Source of the DNA: Eledone cirrhosa
Lineage: Eukaryota
Assembly: GCA_964016885.1 (NCBI GenBank)
Contig: OZ024740.1
Coordinates: 221,774,001 to 221,838,000 of the forward strand
Length of the DNA stretch: 64,000 bases
Direction: 5' to 3'
Position 1 is the stretch's first letter. Every line of letters starts with the position of its first letter. The position numbers and the translations under genes are program-made. The notes under the pieces were generated by a model. That model ran no database searches and was not told where the DNA came from. It saw only the letters and a program-made list of their open reading frames with translations. Shown here piece by piece: positions 41,646 to 57,539 of the stretch.

Positions 41646-41837
41646 CAGACCTGACAACCTCTAAAAACCCGAACAGGAAGTACCATGAAAAAAAGGCCCC
41701 AAAAGGGTGAAATGAAGCAAAATGGTGAGATTTTACATAATGAAAGCTATACCCATTTTCACAAGAGAAGACATTTCTCATCAACCCCAAAGTGGATGGG
41801 AAATTTCCCCGTCTGATGGGGAGAGTTGACAGGTCTG
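41646..41837. mobile_element. 192-bp MITE with 6-bp TSD
   Basis: TIRs cagacctgacaac and gttgacaggtctg; TSD cgaata at 41640-41645 and 41838-41843. Confidence 0.75.
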
Positions 41838-43341
41838 CGAATAACAAACAGGAACATTCAGAATCCGGTGGAAATCCATTTTAAACTTTCGTGTAACTCA
41901 GAATCCAGTCTATACATTTCAACTAATTTTTTCGCCCCAGTAATGCAACTTTCTCTAATTCCTTCCATGAACCATATCGATCTCACCAGACAAGGAGGGG
42001 TATGAAAATGTCACGGAAACTGTACCTCCTTATTTTTATAGCTTATAAACTAAAAAAGAAAAACAAACTAGCGTGTTAAACAAAGGATAGTTTAACATTA
42101 ATTTCAGTTACTATTTTCAAAATGTTCATGAAATACCTTGTTTTGGATAAAGTAAGTTAGTAAAATATTTAAGAATCTAAAATAACAATTTCTACGTAAA
42201 TATCTTTTGAAATGTCTGTTGCTGCTTGATTAGTAATACTGTTCTTGCCAATACGTTTTGTTCCTTTGATCAATTTCGTCGCCACGCAACTCATTACTGA
42301 AGTTCAATTAACTATTCAACATCAAATCATCGGGTGGCTTTGTTAGGTGGTAATAATTACATCGCACGTAACTAGACTTATGTAGCTAAGTTGATCAACA
42401 CATGAAACTATTATATATCGTTATAATGTATTTGACATTTGTCACTCAGCGTAAATAACAGACGATAGAAACTATGCTAGCTGATTATATTTCATCAGTA
42501 AAGATCATGACTGGGAGGTTCTTTGAGGTAATTTGCTTAATATGACCCTGAACACAACCATACGTGTTTATATTGGCTTAACCATTTCAAGTGAAAATCT
42601 ATTTACAATATTCATTTGAGGGTGTTTATCTTCAATATCTGTAAATAATTGCAAGCTGTTTTGATAAATATATATATTTTCCACATCAACCCCTCTCGTT
42701 TTTATATTTGTTTCTGCAAGACTTTTAATTGCTTCAGCGGGAATTGTCACATCTGAAAGGTTCTTTAACCTCTACTAGGGTATTGTATAAATATAACGTT
42801 GTGACTAGTCGAACCGACATGAAGTCTAAATACTCGCTGAGGTATCGTCGATCGGTACCTCTGTCCCTGACTCTAGACTGCTCTTGCACTTAACTCCCGG
42901 TTCCTCAGTCCATTAACTTTGAAACAAGTGCCGTAGTATGGCGTACTACCTTTAATAGTGTTCAAGCTGTATGATTATGAAATATTTCATTGCATTACTG
43001 TGTTAAGTTAAAATCTTTTTATGGATAAACCTACAATATAACAAAAATTCATTCCAGTATGCCCTACTTCCACACGAATACATCTATGGTAAATAACGGT
43101 ACAATGAATTATGAGATTAAAATTTTATCTTATTCTTTTAGTGTTTTCAGTCATTAGACCGCGGCCATCCTGGGGCACCATCTTGATTTAGTCAATCATA
43201 TCAATCTCAGTACTTACCTTTCAAGTCTGGTACTTACAGTATTCATTCTTTTTTGTTGCATCGCAAAGTTATAGAGACAAGAATAAATAATTAAATACAA
43301 TAAAAAGGTGTAGACATTACAATACAACAGGGGGAAACATA

Positions 43342-43395
43342 ATAGTATCACTGATGATGTCACAGATGTGTGACAAAAGAACTTTGATAGACTAT
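43342..43395 (+). ncRNA. Minimal type I HHR (G12 mutated); sister copy at 44007-44050 has GAAA but lacks the 5' end
   Basis: tatca-CTGATGA-tgtcacagatgtgtgac-(A/G)AAA-gaac-TT-tgata. Confidence 0.7.
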
Positions 43396-43407
43396 ATATA
43401 TATATAA

Positions 43408-43551
<144 letters not shown>

Positions 43552-43756
43552 CTGTATTTTTAACCGTTAGTCAATCAAACATTGCTTGCCAGATAAATTA
43601 ACTATGGAGATATAAAAGATACAGAAGCGAAAACCAATCCAAACCAAACAGTAGTGTGTTTTATTATTATTTCTAGCTGGCACAATATTATAACAATGTG
43701 ACCCTCCCCAAATATAACAATATATATATATATATATATAACAATATATATATATG

Positions 43757-43790
<34 letters not shown>

Positions 43791-43794
<4 letters not shown>

Positions 43795-43985
43795 AACCAG
43801 TAAGACCCCGACAGCTGAGCTCAAGCCGTTTCGACGGCTAATTCTGAGTCCAGAATTAGCCGTCGAAACGGCTTGAGCTCAGCTGTCGGGGTCTTACTGG
43901 TTCCTATTACCCACTATACTACCTCAAGTATTGAGTACTTTGGTGCGTTATGGTCCACCTGGTTCCTTACCACATTTCCTTCGTT
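43791..43985 (+). mobile_element. Hairpin/half-hammerhead element (copy C) in (TA)n
   Basis: Perfect 56-bp arms 43791-43846 and 43851-43906 with loop agtc, then the conserved tail. Confidence 0.8.
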
Positions 43986-44048
43986 ATATATATATATATA
44001 TATATATGATGATGTCACAGATGTGTGACGAAAGAACTTTGATAGACT

Positions 44049-44120
<72 letters not shown>

Positions 44121-44163
44121 GTATTTTTAACCGTTGGTCAATCAAATATTGATTGCCAGATAA

Positions 44164-44220
<57 letters not shown>

Positions 44221-44696
44221 CTAACAGTGGCTGGTAATAGTAAAAATGCTCGTGGTAACAAAAGCAACCCGGTAACGTGCGTCGGTATGTTGTACTATAC
44301 GTGTATATAGATATGTATGTGCGTATGTATGTGTATGTATATATATATATTCAGATAGTCTGATCACTGATGATCGTGAATTGACAATTAATCTTCCCTA
44401 TTTAATGGTGAAACACATTTCTAAAGCAATAATGGAATACGTACGAAGGTGTATAAATAATTATTGCCAGATATCTATATTTGAAGATTTTGTTAAATTT
44501 TAATATGTTACCTTTTTGTAACTATATGTTATTTCATTCAGGAGAAATTATCTCCTTTTAATGTTTGATATATTTATTTATATATATGTTAATCGATCTT
44601 TTAAATGCTCGGATTTATTCTTTGAGCGACATCGACAGGTGGTATTACGCATGTTTAAGATCTTCTCAGACATGAGATCTATATTTTTGTTAGTAA

Positions 44697-44900
44697 TCCG
44701 AGGGGGCTTCAAAAAGTTCGTGGAAAAAGAACAGTTGGAAAAAACGGTTTAAGTTATGATATTTATTTTTCAACATATGCTACATCTAATTCAATACACT
44801 TCTGCAAGCGTTGATACCAGCCTTGATACCAGCCTTTAAGTCCACCTGTGTAAAGCTGAGGGCCATGCAATTTAAACCATGTCAAAGCAACTTTTTTACA
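44697..44900 (+). mobile_element. Mariner-like non-autonomous fragment
   Basis: cgagggggcttcaaaaagttc start; tatttttcaacata...tcaatacact subterminal block. Confidence 0.45.
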
Positions 44901-45224
44901 ATTGTGGATTATCTTCAAGCTCATCTCTTCCACTTCTAAAACGCCTTATACATTTGTAGGTTGTTGATTTATTCAGGGTATTGTCCCCATAAACTTGCTC
45001 CAGAGCGTAATTTTAAATTTTACGAAATTTTAGAGCACATTCTCCCCCCTAAGGGCTTGAAACTTAGAGAAATCAACCACCTGAAGTTTCAGGTGATTGG
45101 TTTATCTTTAAAACAATGTAAATTGAAATTTACAAATTGCAGGTTTTCTGATAGAAAATTGAAGAAAAGCACACCGGCGATCTGTAACACGTCTATCCAT
45201 AAATATAGATAGATATATAGATAT

Positions 45225-45264
<40 letters not shown>

Positions 45265-45456
45265 CTTTCTATTTATTTGCCACCAGGGCATCAAAGATTG
45301 GGACAAATACAAGAGGGGGAGTTTACATACATTTCAAAGGACGTGTAAAAATATGTAACAAATCAAATTCAACAATCGAAAAAATGTGCAACCCTCCTCC
45401 TCAGGAGCACAAAGAGTGGGTGCTCCCTTCCTCTCCCCCTTCCTCTCCTCTCTCAC

Positions 45457-47037
45457 CTACAGGCTGATATAGAGAGAAGGCCCATTCACTCGGGCCATTC
45501 TCGCCACTTTCACCCACCTTTCATAAAACTTGCTGGGGTAGAGCACCTCTCTCTCCATTCTAATCCTTCTTCTAATATGGTACTTGAAAAAAAGGACCAG
45601 TTGTTGGCCGGAGAGAAAAGTGTCTGACTTCAGCCCTTTCAACCTCGTCCACCATACAACCTCTTTCGCCATAGCTATCACACAGAGGAAAACCCCCTCT
45701 CCTTCGCTTTTGAAGGGGGGAGGCGGTTTGATCGTGACAATGTACTCGGTGGTCAACCGGATTGGTCCCACCCGCGACAGTAGTCGTTCCATATAGCCCC
45801 ACAGGTCAGCAACGCCAGGGCAGTGTTCGAATGCGTGCGCGACGGTTTCCTCGTCACGCACGCATCTGGGACAGATCTTCTTCGAGGGGTCCCTACCCGG
45901 GCGCCCGTGTCTGTAGAGCTTGTCCCAAACGGGTAGAGCTCCTCGGTAGCACTGCCAAGCCAGGGACTTTTGGAAGTTGTCCATCGGTCCCGGGCCAAAC
46001 GTCCTACCGAACAGAGTGGCTAGCTCGTTTTCCTCCATGCCCAGAGCCTCTCCGAGAGCGTCGTCGCACTTGCTGGGCACCAACACTTCTATAGCATGTT
46101 GCGGTTGAGTCTCCACTGATTGCCGGATCCGCTTGCCAGAGGGCAGTGAGCGCCTGGGCACATTCAATGTGCCAGTCGCCCACTTTTCTCGGTCTATCTT
46201 GACCCAGGATTGCAGCTCGGTGAGTGAGACGAGTCTCGGAAAGGTGTTGCTGCTGTGAATTGCAGCAATCCAGCCCCTGAAAATGGGTCTGAAGCCTTCC
46301 CCCGCGAGCACCGCATCCAGGTACCGATGGTCGACTCTATCGAACGCCTTAGATTGATCCAAGTTGATCAGGGCCCCACCTAAACCATGTTCGTTCCCTA
46401 CCCTCTCTACGATGTATCGCATGAGGTGGAGGTTGTTGTGTATGGAGCTGGACGGCATTGCGCATGTCTGCGCTTCTCCCACCAGGTTCCCGACAACAAG
46501 CGCCAACCTCTTCACTAACACCTTGGCCAAAATCTTTATCTCTGTGTTTAGCAGAGTTATGGGCCTGAAGTTATCTATGTCATCCCCCTTGTTCTCATCC
46601 TTCCTCACCAGCGTGACTACGCCCTTGGTCACAGAACTGGGAATTCTCCCGCTCTGTTGCCAGTTGCAGTATACCGCCTCGAGGAGATCGGAGAACAAGT
46701 CCAGCATCGCTACATAAAGTTCGTATGATAGACCAGCGAGACCGGGAGATTTGCGTTTGCCGCATAGGCTCAGCGCTTCCCCCATTTCAGCGGCTGAAAT
46801 CGCCCTTTTGCAGGACTTCGCCTCCCCGTCCGAGAGCCGCGGCAGACCGTCGAGGCATGGACCGAAATCCATGGCCACACCCAGCCCGCCGCCCCTCCCG
46901 AACAGTGGTGCAAAGCGCCGTTGAAAGGCCGCGCACATCCGCTCAGGTTCAAGGATCACGCGTCCATTCTGGTCCTTCAAAGACCGAATCGTGGACTTGT
47001 TTCCACTTTTTGCCTCTGTCACTCGGGCCCAGCTCAC
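45457..47037 (-). pseudogene. ORF2 RT N-half fused to C-terminal CCHC (internal deletion near 46250)
   Basis: KSPGLAG, FRPITLLNTEIKILAK, LDQSKAFDRVDH; no QG.PLS or YADD; CPRC..ETVAHAFEHC. Confidence 0.9.
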
Positions 47038-47112
47038 AGCTTTGGCTCCCTCGTTACCCAGAGCACGTATTTTACTCCTGACAACACAGCTCTCGTGCTT
47101 CGCGTCAAAGAA

Positions 47113-48117
47113 CTAGTCCAGGGCCGTTCTTGATGCCAGCACGCCGGCCACGTTGCTCCTCTTAATCGCTTCTTCTATTCTATCTATCAATTCCCTTTCA
47201 GTTCTATTCCTATCTGATGCTAATTCCTGACTAAAACCTATCGATTCTATTCTAATTTCTCTCCTGAGAGAGCCCCACCACCTGCTGTTGACAATTGCCC
47301 CCGTCAACCGCTGCTTAACTAGAGTGCTAATCCGCTTACTGTAAGCTTTGTTTGTCGGTAAGGACAAGTTCAGCTTCCAGTAACCGGGTCCTTGTCTATG
47401 GGTTCTATCAAGGTTGACCACTCTGGTCACCAACTTGTGATCCGCATAGTCAACCATGAACATTCGTGGACAGCTTAATATGTCCCTATCCTTATTTCTA
47501 ACTAGGAACCTATCTAGGTAAGACCTAGATGTTCCGCTGCGATTAGTCCACGTCCACAGTGGCACAGTCGGAAAATCTAGTCGATATCTATCGGCCAGAT
47601 CAAATCGGCCGATTAACCGTTTGAGGCTGTTACACCCCCCGCTATCGGGACATGCCCCTACATAGTCCCAACGTGCATTCAGGATACCATTCCAGTCCCC
47701 CACTAAAAGCAATGAGCGAGACGTTCCCAGAAAAGTCTCTAGGCGTTGGAAGAAGTCCGGTCGCGGTGTCCCAGAGGGGGCATACGCTGCCACCAGCCTG
47801 AAGGCTCCACCTTCACTACTGCCTACGTCTAGAACCACCAGTCGACCCTCCGGGTCCAGGTGTATCTTCCGTGCTGCGAGGCCCAGGTGTTTTCGCAGCA
47901 GAACAACCACCCCGCCCCTACCCCCCGGCTGACAGAGAGATGCATAGATCTCAAAGTCGTCGAAGATGGGGGCCAGTTGGTGCTCGCTGCTGATCCTGGA
48001 CTCGCAAATAGCTATCACATCCATTCTGTGCGACCTGAGGTCATTTAAGAGTTTGCCCTGCTTCCAGGACATCCCCAGGCCGCGCACATTTAAAGATCCA
48101 ACTCTTATAACAGCCAT
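47113..48117 (-). pseudogene. ORF2 apurinic-like endonuclease domain; premature in-frame stop at 47113-47115
   Basis: SLNVRGL, ICES, AYAPS, VGDWN, YLDRF, ADHKLV, GYWKLN; same frame as the downstream RT. Confidence 0.9.
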
Positions 48118-50059
48118 GTTGGTGGTGAAGAGTTTAGAGTGGAGAAAAAGGAAAAGACACCTACCCGTCCTTCTCCTGGGGACCAGGCTGCACAATTTCC
48201 ATGGGAGTGTCGGCGGGGTTGTTTGGTGGGGTGGTGGTTTGGGATGTGGTGGGGGACATCAGTGTGTGGTGGGCTGGGGGTGTTTGGTGAGGGAGGGGTG
48301 TCTGGGGTGGTGGTGGGGAAACATTTCAAGAGGACGCGGTTGCTAGGTCTAGTACAGGGGTTCCCCACAACCTCGGGAAAGTACTGTTTGAGCATTGCGT
48401 AGGTATCCCTTGGGACCCTAATCATTTTTAAATGCGGTTTAGTCGCCGCGTTGGTTAACATTTTCCCTTCAGTTTCCAGCGAAGGGTCTTTGTCTATTGT
48501 TTGCACAAGTGTTTTGTTGTTTGTGTTGATGTATGTATACTGTTTTTGTTGTGTTGTGTTCGTTTTTGTTTGTTGTTCTTGTGTGTATTTGCGTTGTGTA
48601 GTATGTGTTATGTTTTCGGGAGGGATGGGTTTTTTGTTTGTGATGTTTGTTCTGTTTGTGCTGGTGGTTGTGTGTTTGTTGCATTTTTGTTAATGTGGTG
48701 CCTTCTTTTCTTTCTTTTTACAGGTTGAAAGGGTTCTCCTTCGTCGTCACTGGATGATGTTGAGAAGGGCTTCTCGTCCGTGTTGTTGGGGAGGGTATAT
48801 TTTGGGGTTTTCTTGTGATTGCTTTTGTATTTGTATTACCTGGGGAGGGGTTGGGTGGGATAGTGTCTTGTGTTGTTATTTTTTCGTGTTGTTGTTGTTG
48901 TGGTGGTGGTGGTGGTTGTGTTGTTGTGTGTGGAGTGGGCAGAAACGTCTTTTTTTTTGGGGGGGGGACATTTAAAAGGGTACAGGATGCCCTCAGGTGA
49001 CCACTTCTTGAAAAGTGGTAGCATGAAGGCCGCCTGCCCTCAACAGAAATGTTTATGAAGGCGATTCCATCCAGGGATACGCTGCGGTATTCTTGCTATC
49101 CGTTCTGGTCTCATTTGGACCAGAACTTCAAGGCTATTGCCGCCGAATACGCCCCCGGTGGATTCGCCTATCGAGAAGATTGTGTTCTCATCTTCTAAGA
49201 ATTCAGTTAGCACCCACCAAATGCTCACATTTGGCCTGATCCCCGAGATTCTTATCTTTTGAGTTCTTTTCCCCAAATATGTGGGGTAAAAGGTGTATGC
49301 TTTGGATACCATTGGCGAGACATAATATTTCCGTGCCGCCAATTCATCTTGCATTAAAACAGATATGCTTCCATACAGTTTCCCTTTCTGTATGAAAGCG
49401 ATATCCTTCCAGGCACTACTTAGGACCAGCTCAATTTCGCTTTGGGACAATTGAGCCAGTTTCCTAGTCGCGTTCGAAACTGTCCTAAAGATTACAGTCT
49501 TGAGGACTGTGTCCCTTCTAATTGCTTCGGGGGAGGTAATTGTGAATTCCCCACCTTCCCCGAAATTTCCATAATTCCTTGCTTCTTTCAGCAATTTCTT
49601 GGCATTCGAGATGACCATTGCCTTGTATGTCTGCGTTTCTCGGACCGCTTGTGCGAGGGAGACTGCAGCTGTGGGTCCGTTTTTTTTCGTGTTGTTATCA
49701 TGGTTGTTGTTGTTGTTATTCGTGTTGGCTTGCTTTTTTTCTTTGTTGGTGTTGTCATTATTGCTATTGTTGGTTGTGCTGTTATTGTCATTGTTGCTGT
49801 TGTTGGTTGTGTTGTTATTGTCATTGTTGTTCTTGTTTGTGTAATTGTTACTTTTGGGGTTTTCACCCATTTCTACAATTCTTTCTTTTGATTCCGTGGG
49901 AGTGAGGAAGGAAGGCTTACAGCGTTGTGCTGCTACCTTCTCTCTATCACTTTCCTTGGGGGGCGTGGCATGCGTCATATTAATGGCGTCCATTGTCACT
50001 AAACGACTTTTTATCGACAACTTATAACTATTAAATTTCGCCCCAAAAAGGGGCGACAT
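48105..50059 (-). pseudogene. ORF1 (gag-like), frameshifted
   Basis: 339-aa ORF at 49040-50059; alternate frame continues EGRRPSCYHFSRSGHLRASC (degenerate zinc knuckle); low-complexity T/P linker. Confidence 0.75.
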
Positions 50060-50197
50060 TTATTTTACCCAACGTCTGCAGGCCCAGGCGAGGAGTTAAA
50101 CACAACAAATAACAAATTACTTAAACAGACCTACTACTTCTCGTAATAAATTCCGACAAAATGCAAGAGCGAAACAAAAACACGTCTATCTTCTCCG

Positions 50198-50230
<33 letters not shown>

Positions 50231-50247
50231 TAGAAATAGTTATATAC

Positions 50248-50395
50248 TAGCAGAATGGCCCGGCGTTACTCGGGATTTACTCTAGGGTTCTTATATATTT
50301 GATATATATTTATCCTTCTCGAGCCTCGTGAAGTAAATACGTTTGTTTATATTTTGTTATTTGCATGCAAAATTATCTGTACACGAATAGATAAT

Positions 50396-50448
<53 letters not shown>

Positions 50449-51008
50449 CACATTAAAGCTTAAGCAAAGAATCGCTGCTTTCACCCTTAACGGAATCTTC
50501 TGAAACTAAAATAATAAATCTGTGAACGCAGAAGTAAATATTTCGAAAAACGTTACACACTAACTATATATATATATATACACACACTATATATACATAC
50601 ACATGCAAACACACGCACACACACACACCGCGTCATAATGACGTAATGCAGACAGCCAGGCATACAGACATATATATTTGCCTTTCATCCTTATGAGGTC
50701 GATAAAATAAAGTACCAGTATGTACTGGGTAATTGCTGGCCTTGTGCCAAAAGTAGAAACAATTATAAGGGCGCAACGTAATATCTATGTATCTATCTAA
50801 AAAGAGAAAGACTAAGAGAGATAGAAAGAGATCGCTAAATCGCCTAATGTGGTCCCTAGGGCATTGAAAATTTGATTTTTTTTTAGCTCAGAACACTCAA
50901 TAGGACCATAAGTATTACATGTGTAAAGTTTGAAAACAATCGGTTGGGTGTTCTCGAGTTTTAGTGATTGTACAGACAGACAGACATTCTCTGTTTTAGT
51001 AATATAGA
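50248..51008 (-). mobile_element. Non-autonomous Helitron-like element with nested fragments
   Basis: 5' TCTATATTACTAAAAC; 3' cccgagtaacgccggg hairpin then ctgCTAG|t. Confidence 0.65.
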
Positions 51009-51317
51009 TAAATAGGAACAAATCAATGTGTGTGTTCTAGAAGCTAAGGTATATTTTGCTGTCATTTCTAGCAAGACAGGTTACCACAACCAAGCCCTTT
51101 GCGTCGTGTACGACAGACAGGCACACAGACAGATAGATAAAGGGCCAACCACATTCACTCTAAGACATGTATACAGACACACACGCACGCGCACGCACAC
51201 ACACACACAGACCCCCTTATCTCTATATATTATAACCCCCCTCTCTATATACCATAACCCCTCTCTCTACATATTATAACCCCTTTCTTTATATATATTA
51301 TAACCACTCTCTCTATA

Positions 51318-53386
<2,069 letters not shown>

Positions 53387-55324
53387 TATATTATAATTCC
53401 TCTCTCTGTATATTATAACCCTCTCTATATATATTATAACCCCTCTCTCTATATATATATTATGACCCCTCTGTATATATATATTACGACCCCCCTATCT
53501 CTCTCCTTTCCAAATGTTGCAACATTGTTTGATTTTTTTCGCCGTAGATTTTCGTAGATCCCCTCCCTTCCTCATTCATCTCACAAACGAACTGACACAC
53601 GGACACGATTCGACTTTTATTTATGTAGATTTATATATAATATATATCATTTGATATCTAATATACTATTATATCATCTCTACCGCAACCACCACCGCCC
53701 CTTAGGCCGCAGTGTCCCCCCTCCCTCCCTTGACATTCTCAACACCTAATTTAAACGAAGATTTGTTCTTTCAGCCTCAGCAACTGCACTACAATCCCCC
53801 CAAACATAGAGAATTGTATAAGTATATATGAAAGTTTAACTGCATGCAGTGTGATCCGACGGTCTAAGATGTATTGTATGGATCGTGAGTTGACAGATAC
53901 AAAGAACACCGATAGGGCCAGATACGTTTTATTAAATATTACACCGAGTTATTTATTTTATCTTGTGTACTCGTAATTAACTTTTCGGTCAAATTTTTAT
54001 CTCTCCCCCATGATCTCTAACTCTCTCTCTCTCTCTCTGTCTCTCACTCTCTGTCATTTTTACACACACAAACACACACACACACACACACACACATACA
54101 CACACATACACACATATACATGCACGCACACACACATACTTTCTCTCTACCCATCTTCATTGTAGCTTTTTAGTTCTCTGATATTTTTGAATTTGTTAAA
54201 TATTTAGAAAAGATCAAGCTACTAAAACTACTGTCGTCACTCATAATCGTGTATGACTTGGCAGTATGTACCATGCCTTCGCTAAGCGTTTGAAGTGCCT
54301 ATACAGTCACGAGCAAACACATACATCCTCTCTCGACCCTCACTTCCTTGATCCAGCGTAACATCCAGGATGTGACATCCGAAAAGAGAGAGAGGTCTGC
54401 ACCAGCACTAGATTGGTGCTTTTATTATCGACCCTCGAAAGGATGGAAGACAAATTGTACCTCCACGAGATTTGAACTCAGAGCTTAGAGACCCGGAACA
54501 AATATCCAACGCTCTCACGACTTTGCCATATCGATCACCATTTAGAGAATATACTGAATATCATATTAATTATTAGATACTGAATATAGTATTAATACAT
54601 AGATCGATCGACAAAATCCCAGACATCAAGGAAACAATGTTTCTATATATCGGTCGCAACTCATGGAGCAATGTGAAATAAAATGTCTTGCTGAAGGTCA
54701 CATCGCATCACCCGGTCCGATGAACTCACAACCTCAAGATTGCGAATCCAAACCACTAAGCCACGCGCCCTCATAGATAGAGTGTCTCTATTTTACTTTT
54801 TGATACCAGCCCGCCCCTGTTTCTACGAAATAAAACTAATAATTTTAGAGATTTCCTATCTAAATTAAAATCTTTCATCATTATTTTATATAAGTATCTT
54901 TTGTTAACTGGCGTTAGAGATAATATCATAATTCCATAATTAATAATTAATTGATTCAAAATCAGCGTTTTTAATGAGCAATGGGGTCAGGAAAGTGTTA
55001 ACAGTATGTTGCGATGTTCTAATCTATGCTGCTTTGCCTTGCAATCAAACTTTCCTTATCAAAAGACAGCATAAAAGACATTAATGAGATGTGTGTAGAA
55101 TAAAAAGCAATAGCAATGATCTGACAATGTTTTCTAATTTCATTCACCACATTAAATATTTCGTAACAATAAAGGAATAATTAATAGCATGCATACCACA
55201 TGCCTCGTGTGTTAACAGAAAAACACTTTCAACCAATACAAAAATCTCGATCATCAACACATTTCGACAGCCATTTCTTTTAATACATATACTTTACATC
55301 GCCTTAAATCCTACATTCTACATT

Positions 55325-55660
55325 AAGGTGCATGGATTAGTGGTCAGAGCATTGAGCACACAATCGTAAGCTGGTGAGTCTGAATCCCGAAACGAGCGGT
55401 GCGTTGTCTTCCTGAGCAAAACACTTTATTTCACGTTGTTCCTGTTAACTCAGCTGTAGAAATGAGTTGCGACGTCACAAGTGCCAATCTGTATCGGCCA
55501 TTGCCTTTCCCTTGGACAACATCGGTGGCGTAGATAGGGGAGACTGCCATATATGGGCGACTGATGGTCTTCCACAAGTACACCTTGTCCAGGCTTCTGC
55601 CTCGGAAGGGAACATTCTAGGTGCAATACCATGGTCATTAATGGCCGTCGAGGGCCTACA
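55325..55660 (+). mobile_element. CORE-type SINE (related copies near 9520-9830, 16100-16190 on -, 54660-54770 on -)
   Basis: tRNA-like head plus ctgagcaaaacactttatttcacgttg core. Confidence 0.65.
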
Positions 55661-56274
55661 TTAAACACTTCCAAAAAGTTCCTTCTTAGAACTTTCACAT
55701 TCTTCAGATCCTTAATTGTCCGACATTTCCCCTTTAGTCACTCATGTTGAATATCAACTGCATCATTCTCATCAGCTACGAATGGCACAACATTGATGGG
55801 AGTTGTGAAGGCGCATGGCTTAGTTGTTAGAGCGTTGGATTCGCCATGAAAATCCGACTATAGTTTGTTCCAGTGCAGGAATATTTATGCTAAATATCAA
55901 CTGTATTATTCTTAAGTTTCAAATGGTGCATCAACTGATGGTTGCTGTTGCTCCCCCTTTGACGATCTAAAAAGAAAACAAAAATTAACAAAGATTACTG
56001 ATAAGGTCGGCAACAACGTGATTATTCTCCCGATGGACCCAGCTAATTATCCCACCAACATCACTACGCAGAGTCATGAAACAAATCCATGATAAACAGA
56101 TACATGACTACTTTTCGGTTTCCTATCGCCTGTCGAAATCAGAGAGTTGGTTTACTGTTCTTAAACGTTTGGATATCAAGTGATAGACCATGATACCTTT
56201 TTGATATTAACTGATAGCCCCTAACACTCTTTTGCAACACCCTTGAAACAGGCCCTCTTTCTACGATACAAACT

Positions 56275-56682
56275 ATTTGCCAGACAACATGCTTTGCGGC
56301 TGTAGTTACGTCCCTTTACGTTTTGAGTTTAAATACCGCCGAGGTTAGCTTTGCTGTTCATCCTAAAAGGATCGATAAAATAAAGTACCAGAAACACTGG
56401 GGTCGATTTAATCGACATTCCCCTCCACTCTATTTGTTGGCCTTGTGCCTTAATCAAAAACCATTATTATTATTGGCAGTATCGGTAGAGCGTCGGACAA
56501 CATACTTTGCGGCATAGAGTTACGAGCATTTAAGTTCTGAGTTCAAATCCCACCGAGGTTAGCTTTGCATTTCATCATTACGGGGTCGATAAAATAAAGT
56601 ACCAGTAACGCACTGGGGTCGATTTAATCGATCTGCTACTCCATCCTAATTGTTGACCTTGTGCCTAAATCAGAACCTATTA
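56275..56682 (+). mobile_element. SINE dimer, dominant family
   Basis: Two cores at ~56350 and ~56563. Confidence 0.75.
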
Positions 56683-56744
56683 AATACTACTTCAGTGGAT
56701 TTGCGGACACCCTCATTGCTAGTTTTTATGCATAAATCAGAAAC

Positions 56745-57070
56745 CATTACTTCTTCTTCCTGGTGTTCTTTTACTGCATTACTAAACCAAGAGGAAAGGT
56801 CATAACTACTGATCTAAGAATTCTTGGTTAGTTTCTCCTGGAGTTTATATTCCTATGATCCTTCTCAAAATTCTTGCTGTTCCAAGGAGTGTTGTTTTCT
56901 GGAGGAATACTACCTTTTCCAGGTCCCAACTTAATCTATCCATTTTTCTAGGTTTTGGATTACATAACGAAGAGCACCTTTCGCTATATGTATGATATCA
57001 ACCTTTCTCATGTACCATATTCTTTGGACTCCAATTCTAAGGTATGTATCAAGTTTCTCAATTTCTTTTG
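56745..57070 (-). pseudogene. 3' fragment of a second RLE LINE family
   Basis: QRIWYMRKVDIIHIAKGAL..LEKWI and LQKTTLLGTARILRRII. Confidence 0.6.
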
Positions 57071-57449
57071 TAACTACATAAGATTTATCTGAGAATTTCC
57101 AAAACACACTGTTAACATAGTTGTCAACGGGAAATAACTCTAGGTAAAGAATAGAAGGTTATTTCCCTTAAATAATTTAACCTCTGCTAACTTAACGCAG
57201 TTGTGACTTAAGATTACTCATTCGTTCATAAGGAGGTTAGAAAAATGTTTCAAATTTTATTTTTTCTCATATAAAATTTATTCTTCGCCAGTGATCCAGT
57301 TGATCCGCTGTTAATCAATTTCTGTTTGAATTCTGCCTTCTTTATAAAGCTTTTTGAGTCGTTTTCTAAATAGTTTTTGTCAGTAATATTTCGGTTGATA
57401 ACTATAAAGTACATCCCCCACTCATTCACGCACACACACACATAGACTC

Positions 57450-57539
<90 letters not shown>

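Larger units (their letters stand above)
45264..50198 (-). mobile_element. Near full-length Tx1/L1-clade LINE, inactivated, flanked by (GATA)n on both sides
   Basis: ORF1, APE, RT and CCHC; aataaa near the 3' end running into (TATC)n. Confidence 0.9.

Noticed and set aside
55975-56260. Possible PLE RT remnant (TDKVGNNVIILPMD); similar weak hints at 21900-22500 and 12170-13250
   Set aside because: Too degenerate to support without an HMM search
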